A DNA stretch of 61,201 bases, filler included. It is 4 parts of 4 records of this genome, joined end to end, with 100 filler letters (N's around TTAATTAATTAA, not from the genome) between each part and the next. Parts side by side here need not be neighbours in the genome. Positions count along the whole stretch, not along the records: positions 1 to 21,255 come from DRR378314_1371; 3 more parts are not named here. One strand, written 5' to 3'. The notes under the pieces were generated by a model, which had not been told where the DNA came from, searched no databases, and worked only from the letters and a program-made list of their open reading frames with translations. The position numbers were made by a program, and so were the translations under genes. This document shows positions 1 to 7,237 of the stretch, piece by piece. Position 1 is the first letter of the stretch; each line of letters begins with the position of its first letter.

Positions 1-30
1 AAAAGGCTTGTCATCACGACAAGCCTTTTT
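1..30 (+). terminator. Intrinsic terminator hairpin just upstream of trpE (probable trp attenuator terminator)
   Basis: AAAAGGCTTGTC-ATCAC-GACAAGCCTTTTT perfect stem with T-tail, 16 nt before the trpE ATG; any leader peptide would lie outside the window. Confidence 0.7.
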
Positions 31-46
31 CATTTTTAGGACTAAT

Positions 47-1444
47 ATGAAATACGAATTACAGACACATTACAAAAAAATACTTGCGGACACTATTACG
101 CCCGTGAGCGTCTACCTGAAGATCAGGGATAAGTTTCCCAATAGTATTCTTTTGGAAAGTAGCGATTACCACGCCAACGACAACAGCTTTTCGTACATCT
201 GCTGCAATCCCATTGCATCCATAAAGGTAGCTGACGAGACCATTACACGAAAGTTCCCCGATGGCACCAAAGAAGTCACGGAAATCAAACCTGAAACAGA
301 TGTCACCGAGGCAATTCACAACTTTAGCAAGCAATTCAAAACATCGCAAAACGGTTTTAAATTTATTTACAACGGCCTGTTCGGGTACATGGCCTACGAT
401 GCCGTTCGCTATTTTGAGGACGTAGCGATATCGAAAAAGGATGATTCCGCCGATATTCCCGACATCTATTATGCGGTGTACCAGAACATCATTGCCATCA
501 ATCATTTTAAGAACGAAGCTTATTTGTTTGCACATTGTTACGATACCGAAAGTAATGTGGAGGAAATGGAACAGCTTTTCAATGTACGTACCTTTTCATC
601 CTACAATTTCAACAAGGAAGGAAAACCAGAATCCAACCTTAAGGATGAAGATTACAAGGAACAAGTAGAATTGGCCAAAAAGCATTGTCAACGTGGCGAT
701 GTGTTCCAGTTGGTACTCTCCAGAAGGTTCAAACAAAAATTCAAAGGGGATGAATTCAATGTGTACCGGGCGCTTCGCTCCATCAACCCCTCCCCTTACC
801 TTTTTTATTTTGATTATGGGGACTTTAAAATATTCGGAAGCTCTCCCGAAGCCCAGCTTATTGTAAAAGAAGGAAAAGCCGAGATACATCCCATAGCCGG
901 CACCTATAAACGTACCGGTAACGATGAAAAAGATGCCGAACTGGCGAAAAAATTGGCAGAGGACGAAAAAGAGAACAGCGAGCACGTAATGTTGGTCGAC
1001 CTTGCCCGAAATGACCTCAGCCGCAACGGAAATACCGTAAAAGTGGAAACTTATCGAGAAGTACAGTATTTCTCCCACGTCATCCATTTGGTGTCCAAAG
1101 TAACCGGGCAAAAGAAAAAGGACAGCACCACCATGAAGGTGGTCGCCGACACCTTCCCGGCCGGGACCTTGAGTGGAGCGCCAAAACATATGGCCATGCA
1201 GCTCATTGAAAAATACGAAAAAACGAGTCGTTCTTATTATGGTGGGGCCATCGGGTTTATGGATTTTGAAGGCAATTTTAACCACGCCATTATGATTCGA
1301 ACCTTTTTGAGCAAAAATCACGAGTTGTACTACCAAGCAGGAGCAGGTTTGGTAGCAGCTTCTAACCCAGATGACGAACTCCAAGAAACCTACAATAAAT
1401 TGGGCGCATTGACCAAAGCGCTGGAAATTGCCGAAACAATCTAA
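47..1444 (+). CDS. trpE: Anthranilate synthase component I
   Basis: LLES, SPYLFY, SSPE, PIAGT, EHVMLVDLARND, FPAGTLSGAPK motifs; ATG at 47 preferred over TTG at 8. Confidence 0.96.
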   Translation: MKYELQTHYKKILADTITPVSVYLKIRDKFPNSILLESSDYHANDNSFSYICCNPIASIKVADETITRKFPDGTKEVTEIKPETDVTEAIHNFSKQFKTSQNGFKFIYNGLFGYMAYDAVRYFEDVAISKKDDSADIPDIYYAVYQNIIAINHFKNEAYLFAHCYDTESNVEEMEQLFNVRTFSSYNFNKEGKPESNLKDEDYKEQVELAKKHCQRGDVFQLVLSRRFKQKFKGDEFNVYRALRSINPSPYLFYFDYGDFKIFGSSPEAQLIVKEGKAEIHPIAGTYKRTGNDEKDAELAKKLAEDEKENSEHVMLVDLARNDLSRNGNTVKVETYREVQYFSHVIHLVSKVTGQKKKDSTTMKVVADTFPAGTLSGAPKHMAMQLIEKYEKTSRSYYGGAIGFMDFEGNFNHAIMIRTFLSKNHELYYQAGAGLVAASNPDDELQETYNKLGALTKALEIAETI

Positions 1445-1446
1445 AC

Positions 1447-2013
1447 ATGGGAAGAAAGATTTTAATGATAGACAATTATGATAGCTTCACCTACAACTTG
1501 GTGCACTATCTGGAGGATTTGGATTGTGAGGTTACCGTAAAACGGAACGATCAACTCACCTTGGACGAAGTTGAACCCTTTGAACATATAGTTTTATCGC
1601 CTGGACCAGGAATTCCCGATGAAGCCGGACTTTTAAAAGACATCATCAAAAAATATGCATCGACCAAACGTATTTTTGGAGTGTGCTTGGGGCTACAAGC
1701 CATTGGAGAAGTATTTGGAGGCACCTTGATCAATTTGGACCAAGTATACCACGGAGTGGACACCACAATAACCATCACTAAAGAAGATCCTATTTACAAG
1801 GATATGCCCAAAACGCTTCAGGTAGGCAGATACCATTCTTGGGTGGTCGACCCCAATTTACCCAATGTTTTGGAAACCACCTCAGTGGACGAAAATGGAC
1901 AAGTAATGTCACTTCGACATAAAGAATACGACGTTACAGCAGTACAGTTCCACCCTGAATCCGTATTAACGCCCGAAGGGAAACAAATGTTGAAAAATTG
2001 GTTGGAAAGCTAG
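1447..2013 (+). CDS. trpG: Anthranilate synthase component II (glutamine amidotransferase)
   Basis: IDNYDSFTYNL, SPGPG, GVCLG, QFHPES. Confidence 0.96.
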   Translation: MGRKILMIDNYDSFTYNLVHYLEDLDCEVTVKRNDQLTLDEVEPFEHIVLSPGPGIPDEAGLLKDIIKKYASTKRIFGVCLGLQAIGEVFGGTLINLDQVYHGVDTTITITKEDPIYKDMPKTLQVGRYHSWVVDPNLPNVLETTSVDENGQVMSLRHKEYDVTAVQFHPESVLTPEGKQMLKNWLES

Positions 2014-2017
2014 AAAA

Positions 2018-2108
2018 TGTCATTCCTGCGAAGGCAGGAATCGAAAACAATAACAAACAGATTCCTGCTGGAGATTAAGCTGAGCATAGCCGAAGTGCAG
2101 GAATGACA
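2018..2108. repeat. TGTCA...TGACA palindromic REP/MITE-like element (two arms; right arm has an expanded loop)
   Basis: Left TGTCATTCCTGCGAAGGCAGGAATC (2018-2042); right GATTCCTGC-28 nt-GCAGGAATGACA (2060-2108). Confidence 0.85.
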
Positions 2109-2118
2109 AAGAAGAACA

Positions 2119-3111
2119 ATGAAAGAGACCTTAAATAAACTGATCAATCACGAAATTCTTCCCAAGGAAGAAGCTAAGCAAGTTTTGGTAAACATTGCCA
2201 ATGGAGAATACAATACCTCACAAATAGCTGCTTTTTTAACCGTTTACATGATGCGCAGCGTGACCCTTGAAGAACTGGAAGGATTCAGGGACGCCCTTTT
2301 GGAACTTTGCTTGGCCGTTGACCTTGCCGAATACGACCCGATTGACCTTTGCGGAACGGGCGGAGACGGTAAAGATACCTTTAACATTTCCACCTTGGCC
2401 TCCTTTGTTACGGCAGGAGCGGGAATCCACGTGACCAAACACGGAAACTATGGAGTTTCTTCCAAATGTGGGAGTAGTAATGTGATGGAGTTTTTGGGCA
2501 TCAAATTCAGTAATGATGCAGATTTTCTAAAGAAAACTATCGAGGAAGCCGGTATTTGTGTGCTGCACGCACCTTTGTTTCACCCTGCGATGAAAAATGT
2601 GGCCCCCATTAGAAGGGAATTGGCGGTAAAAACATTTTTCAATATGTTGGGGCCTATGGTGAATCCAGCGTTTCCGAAGAACCAAATGGTGGGGGTTTTT
2701 AATTTGGAATTGGCCAGAATGTATGGATACCTCTATCAAAACACAGATAAAAAATTCACCATCTTAAATGCGTTGGATGGGTATGACGAAATCTCTTTGA
2801 CAGGGGACACCAAAACCATTTCCAACAACACCGAAGCCATATTAAGACCTACTGATTTTGGTGTGGAAAAAGTTTCACAGCAAGAAATCGTTGGTGGTGA
2901 AGACGTAGCAGCATCAGCCCGGATATTCATGAATATTTTACAAGGAAAAGGGACCGAGGCCCAAAACAACGTGGTCTGTGCCAATGCTGGGGTCGCTATT
3001 GCCACGGTGCAAAGCATCACGCCCAAGGAGGGATTTGAAAAAGCTAAAGAATCATTACTCAGTGGTAAAGGGCTGGCATCACTCAAAAAATTGCAATCTT
3101 TATCCAACTAA
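2119..3111 (+). CDS. trpD: Anthranilate phosphoribosyltransferase
   Basis: DLCGTGGDG, FNIST, KHGN, GYDE motifs. Confidence 0.96.
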   Translation: MKETLNKLINHEILPKEEAKQVLVNIANGEYNTSQIAAFLTVYMMRSVTLEELEGFRDALLELCLAVDLAEYDPIDLCGTGGDGKDTFNISTLASFVTAGAGIHVTKHGNYGVSSKCGSSNVMEFLGIKFSNDADFLKKTIEEAGICVLHAPLFHPAMKNVAPIRRELAVKTFFNMLGPMVNPAFPKNQMVGVFNLELARMYGYLYQNTDKKFTILNALDGYDEISLTGDTKTISNNTEAILRPTDFGVEKVSQQEIVGGEDVAASARIFMNILQGKGTEAQNNVVCANAGVAIATVQSITPKEGFEKAKESLLSGKGLASLKKLQSLSN

Positions 3112-3144
3112 AGTCAGGAGTCGGGAGACTGAAGTCCGAAGTTT
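3112..3144 (+). repeat. Heptamer tandem array, left arm of a stem flanking the four-helix-bundle gene
   Basis: AGTCAGG AGTCGGG AGACTGA AGTCCGA AGTTT starting directly after the trpD stop. Confidence 0.85.
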
Positions 3145-3176
3145 AATGAGACTAGAAAAAATCAACAGTGATGATA

Positions 3177-3533
3177 ATGTCAAAATTCAAGTTTGAAAAG
3201 ATAATTGTCTGGCAAAGGGCCATGGATTTTGGAGAAGCCATAAATAACATAACGAAACACTTCCCAAAAAACGAGGCCTACAATCTCAGCTCACAAATAA
3301 GACGAGCCGTGGATTCAATAGCATTAAACATTTCAGAAGGCTCTACCGGACAGACAAATCCTGAATTTAAAAAATTCATTGGTTATGCAATTAGGTCTTT
3401 AAGCGAAGTTGTTACCTGCTTACACAAAGCGAATAGAAGAAATTATATTCCAAGCGAAACATTTGATGAGCTTTATAATGAAGCTTTCAATTTAATGAAC
3501 ATGCTGGTCGCTTTTAGAAAAAACATCAAATAA
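3177..3533 (+). CDS. Four helix bundle protein (23S rRNA IVP / TIGR02436-like, Avd-related fold)
   Basis: FEKIIVWQRAM, FPKNEAYNLSSQIRRAVDSIALNISEG, F..FI.YAIRSL.EV signature; ~118 aa (alternative starts 3168/3171). Confidence 0.9.
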   Translation: MSKFKFEKIIVWQRAMDFGEAINNITKHFPKNEAYNLSSQIRRAVDSIALNISEGSTGQTNPEFKKFIGYAIRSLSEVVTCLHKANRRNYIPSETFDELYNEAFNLMNMLVAFRKNIK

Positions 3534-3541
3534 TTATAAAA

Positions 3542-3576
3542 AAACTCCCGACTTCGGACTACCGACTTCGGGCTTT
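3542..3576 (+). repeat. Heptamer tandem array, right arm (inverted relative to 3112-3144)
   Basis: AAACT CCCGACT TCGGACT ACCGACT TCGGGCT; reverse complement AGCCCGA AGTCGGT AGTCCGA AGTCGGG AGTTT. Confidence 0.85.
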
Positions 3577-3586
3577 CAAATTAAAT

Positions 3587-4372
3587 ATGAACATACTAGA
3601 CAAAATAGTAGCCGATAAACGTAAAGAAGTCGATTTAAAAAAATCGCTTATCACCCTGCCCCAATTGGAAGCCTCGGTGATGATGGAGCGCACCTCCGTT
3701 TCTTTGGCAGAGGTATTGCGAAAAAGCAATTCGGGCATCATCGCGGAGCACAAACGCCGTTCGCCATCCAAGTCGGTTATCAACCAAAGTTTAAGCGTGC
3801 AGGATGTGGCCAAAGGCTATACCGATGCAGGTGCCTGTGGCATGTCCGTCCTTACCGATGGTAAATATTTTGGAGGCTCTTTGGACGATTTGGTGCTCGC
3901 AAGGGCTTCCACCAATATTCCCCTTTTACGAAAGGAGTTCATCATAGATGAATATCAAATCGTGGAGGCCAAAGCCTATGGTGCCGATGTCATATTGTTG
4001 ATTGCTGCCATTCTGACCAGGGAAGAAATCAAAACCTTATCTGAATTGGCGAAAGGACTTGGATTGGATGTATTGTTGGAAGTGCACAACGAGGAGGAAC
4101 TGGAAAAATCCCTAATGCCCAGCTTGGATATGTTGGGGGTGAACAATCGTAATCTTAAATCTTTTGAGGTTGATTTGGAAATCAGCAAGTCGCTATCCAA
4201 AAAAATACCCGATGATTTTGTGAAGGTATCCGAAAGCGGCATTAGTTCCGTGGAAGCTATTCGCGATTTAAAGGAATTTGACTATCAGGGATTTTTGATC
4301 GGGGAAAATTTTATGAAGACGGACGAACCCGGTAAAAGTGCAAAAGAGTTTATTAACAAGATAATCGCATAA
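3587..4372 (+). CDS. trpC: Indole-3-glycerol phosphate synthase
   Basis: IIAEHKRRSPSK, SVLTD, LRKEFI, GVNNRNL, VSESGI. Confidence 0.96.
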   Translation: MNILDKIVADKRKEVDLKKSLITLPQLEASVMMERTSVSLAEVLRKSNSGIIAEHKRRSPSKSVINQSLSVQDVAKGYTDAGACGMSVLTDGKYFGGSLDDLVLARASTNIPLLRKEFIIDEYQIVEAKAYGADVILLIAAILTREEIKTLSELAKGLGLDVLLEVHNEEELEKSLMPSLDMLGVNNRNLKSFEVDLEISKSLSKKIPDDFVKVSESGISSVEAIRDLKEFDYQGFLIGENFMKTDEPGKSAKEFINKIIA

Positions 4373-4466
4373 TGTCATTTCGAGTGATTTACCGAAGGAA
4401 AATTATATCGAGAAATAAGTGGTCTCGATACGTTTTGAAACAATTTTCAAAACACTCGACTTGACA
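4373..4466. repeat. TGTCA...TGACA palindromic element, long-arm variant
   Basis: Left TGTCATTTCGAGTG-...-TATCGAGA; right TCTCGATA-...-CACTCGACTTGACA; each arm has an internal hairpin. Confidence 0.85.
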
Positions 4467-4477
4467 AAAAACAAACT

Positions 4478-5179
4478 ATGAAGCTAAAGATCTGCGGCAT
4501 GAACCATAACCCAACCGAGGTTGCTGAATTGCAACCGGATTATCTAGGGTTTATTTTTTGGGAGCCTTCTTCCAGATATTTTTCGGGAGATATGCCCAAA
4601 TTGTCCAGTTCTATCAAAAAAGTGGGTGTTTTTGTGGATGCACCTTTGGAAGAAGTTTTGGAAAAAGTCGAGCAATATCAATTAAACGCGGTTCAACTCC
4701 ACGGAAAGGAAAGTGCTGAGTATTGCAAAGCATTAAAAGAAGGCTTTCTGTCATTTCGAGCGCAGTCGAGAAATCAGGGAAATTTTCACCAAAAAGAGGT
4801 CTCGACTGCGCTCGACCTGACAACGCTAGAAATCATCAAAGTATTCTCCATCAAAGATGATTTTGATTTTGATGTCCTGAAAGATTATGAAGAAGTCTGT
4901 GATTATTTTCTTTTTGACACGAAAGGAAAATTGCCAGGTGGCAACGGCTATACTTTTGATTGGGATGTTTTGAAAAAGTATCCATCCAACAAGCCCTACT
5001 TTTTAAGTGGCGGCATTGGATTGGACTCCGAAGAGAAATTAAAAGAATTTTTAAACAGTCCCGCTTCCAAAAACTGTTTTGCCATAGATGTGAACAGTAA
5101 ATTTGAAACAGCACCTGGATTAAAAAATATTGAAGACTTAAAAATATTCATCGAATCGCTAGAGAGCGGTCACAACTAA
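4478..5179 (+). CDS. trpF: Phosphoribosylanthranilate isomerase with a ~25-aa repeat-derived in-frame insertion
   Basis: KICGM, GFIF, VGVFVD, QLHG, LFDT, GGNG..FDW, LSGGI, DVNS.FE; insert at 4749-4822. Confidence 0.93.
   Translation: MKLKICGMNHNPTEVAELQPDYLGFIFWEPSSRYFSGDMPKLSSSIKKVGVFVDAPLEEVLEKVEQYQLNAVQLHGKESAEYCKALKEGFLSFRAQSRNQGNFHQKEVSTALDLTTLEIIKVFSIKDDFDFDVLKDYEEVCDYFLFDTKGKLPGGNGYTFDWDVLKKYPSNKPYFLSGGIGLDSEEKLKEFLNSPASKNCFAIDVNSKFETAPGLKNIEDLKIFIESLESGHN
4749..4822. repeat. TGTCA...TGACA palindromic element inside the trpF coding sequence
   Basis: TGTCATTTCGAGCGCAGTCGAGA (4749-4771) and TCTCGACTGCGCTCGACCTGACA (4800-4822), 21/23 inverted match. Confidence 0.92.
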
Positions 5180-5191
5180 AAAAAGAAATCT

Positions 5192-6376
5192 ATGAAGAGC
5201 TATCATGCAGATGAACGCGGGTATTATGGTGAGTTCGGCGGGGCATTTATCCCGGAAATGCTGTATCCCAATTGCGAAGAGCTAAGGCAAAACTATCTCA
5301 GTATTATGGAAGAACCTTCGTTCAAAGAAGAGTTCCATCAATTGCTGAAGGATTACGTTGGTAGACCTACGCCCCTTTATTTCGCGAACCGTTTATCAGA
5401 AAAATATAATACAAAAATCTATCTCAAACGGGAAGATTTGTGCCATACCGGTGCTCATAAGGTCAATAATACCATCGGACAGATTTTGATGGCCAAAAAA
5501 TTGGGCAAGAACCGAATCATTGCAGAAACAGGTGCAGGTCAGCACGGAGTGGCCACAGCAACCGTTTGTGCGTTAATGGGAATTGAGTGCATCGTGTACA
5601 TGGGCGAAATTGACATTGCACGCCAAGCCCCAAACGTAGCTCGCATGAAAATGCTGGGTGCAGAGGTAAGACCGGCCAAATCGGGCAGTAAAACATTGAA
5701 AGATGCCACAAACGAGGCAATTCGAGACTGGATCAACAATCCAGTGGACACACATTACATTATTGGTTCTGTTGTTGGCCCCCACCCCTACCCGGATATG
5801 GTGGCCCGTTTTCAATCCGTAATCTCGGAGGAAATCAAAAATCAGCTTCAAGAAAAAGAAGGCCGTGAAAACCCAGATTACGTTGTGGCCTGTGTGGGCG
5901 GCGGAAGTAATGCTGCAGGAGCATACTATCATTATTTGGATGTTCCCGAAGTGGGCATCATTGCAGTGGAAGCTGCGGGAAAAGGCATTCACTCCGGGGA
6001 AAGTGCCGCCACTTCGGCTTTGGGAAAAGTAGGTATTATCCATGGCAGTAAAACCTTGTTGATGCAGACCCAAGATGGGCAAATTACAGAGCCCTACTCG
6101 ATATCAGCAGGACTGGATTACCCGGGTGTTGGTCCGATGCACGCGCATTTATACGCTTCAGGTCGAGGGGAGTTTATTTCCATAACGGATGACGATGCGA
6201 TGCAAGCTGGGTTGGAACTGTCTAAATTGGAAGGCATCATCCCCGCTATCGAAACTTCACATGCCCTGGCCATTTTTGAGGAAAGGAAATTCAACCTGGA
6301 TGATGTGGTGGTGATCAACCTATCGGGACGCGGTGACAAAGATTTACAGAACTATATTGATTATTTTAAATTATAG
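5192..6376 (+). CDS. trpB: Tryptophan synthase beta chain
   Basis: [16 protein letters not shown] (PLP lysine), [23 protein letters not shown]. Confidence 0.97.
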   Translation: MKSYHADERGYYGEFGGAFIPEMLYPNCEELRQNYLSIMEEPSFKEEFHQLLKDYVGRPTPLYFANRLSEKYNTKIYLKREDLCHTGAHKVNNTIGQILMAKKLGKNRIIAETGAGQHGVATATVCALMGIECIVYMGEIDIARQAPNVARMKMLGAEVRPAKSGSKTLKDATNEAIRDWINNPVDTHYIIGSVVGPHPYPDMVARFQSVISEEIKNQLQEKEGRENPDYVVACVGGGSNAAGAYYHYLDVPEVGIIAVEAAGKGIHSGESAATSALGKVGIIHGSKTLLMQTQDGQITEPYSISAGLDYPGVGPMHAHLYASGRGEFISITDDDAMQAGLELSKLEGIIPAIETSHALAIFEERKFNLDDVVVINLSGRGDKDLQNYIDYFKL

Positions 6377-6437
6377 ATGCCAGATATCAGAGATAAGACC
6401 TCAGTCTCAATTCTCATGTCTCACATCTCAAATCTTG
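6375..6437. repeat. Heptamer-periodic inverted array with no cargo gene
   Basis: AGATGCC AGATATC AGAGATA AGACCTC then AGTCTCA ATTCTCA TGTCTCA CATCTCA AATCTTG; AGA/TCT cores pair every 7 nt. Confidence 0.75.
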
Positions 6438-6441
6438 ATTT

Positions 6442-7203
6442 ATGAACAGAATCAAACAAAAATTACAGGAGGACAAAAAAATCCTTTCCATATACTTTTC
6501 AGCAGGATACCCCAATTTGGACGATACGGTAAAAATCATCGAAGATTTGGAAAAAAACGGGGTGGACCTCATCGAAATAGGACTCCCTTTCAGTGATCCT
6601 TTGGCCGATGGCCCCACGATTCAGGAGAGTTCCACGGCGGCCCTTAAAAATGGGATGAACACGGCCTTGCTCTTTGAGCAATTGAAAGATATCCGCAAAT
6701 CGGTTTCCATTCCTCTTATTTTGATGGGCTATTTTAACCCTGTACTTCAATATGGAGTGGAAGAATTTTGCGCCAAATGTGAACAAGTTGGTATTGACGG
6801 ACTCATTCTACCCGACCTTCCTTTGGATGTTTATACCAAAGAATACGAAGCCATTTTCAAAAAACACGGATTGATCAACGTCTTTTTGATCACCCCACAA
6901 ACCAGTGATGAACGCATCCAAGCCATTGACGATGCTTCCGAAGGGTTTATTTATATGGTGAGTTCGGCGAGCACAACGGGGGCCAAACAAGGTTTTGGAT
7001 CGGAACAGTCAGATTATTTTGAGCGCATTGTCAACATGCAGTTGAAAAACCCACAAATTGTTGGATTTGGTATTAGTAATGCCGAAACGTTTGAGCAGGC
7101 AACCCAAAAGGCCAAAGGAGCCATTATTGGTTCGGCCTTCATCAAACATTTAACAGCAAATGGAGTGGAAGGTATTGGTGACTTTGTGAAGCAAATTCGC
7201 TAA
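6442..7203 (+). CDS. trpA: Tryptophan synthase alpha chain
   Basis: IEIGLPFSDPLADGPTIQ, MGYFNP, PDLP, VGFGIS. Confidence 0.97.
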   Translation: MNRIKQKLQEDKKILSIYFSAGYPNLDDTVKIIEDLEKNGVDLIEIGLPFSDPLADGPTIQESSTAALKNGMNTALLFEQLKDIRKSVSIPLILMGYFNPVLQYGVEEFCAKCEQVGIDGLILPDLPLDVYTKEYEAIFKKHGLINVFLITPQTSDERIQAIDDASEGFIYMVSSASTTGAKQGFGSEQSDYFERIVNMQLKNPQIVGFGISNAETFEQATQKAKGAIIGSAFIKHLTANGVEGIGDFVKQIR

Positions 7204-7237
7204 ATTTCAGTTTTAAAAATCAATATTGATTTGTTAC

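Noticed and set aside
3177-3533. Four-helix-bundle gene as the Avd of a diversity-generating retroelement
   Set aside because: No reverse transcriptase or TR/VR pair nearby; the sequence fits the stand-alone IVP-type family.
2018-6437. trp-operon repeats as a CRISPR array
   Set aside because: No identical direct repeats with regular spacers and no cas genes; they are dispersed inverted elements.
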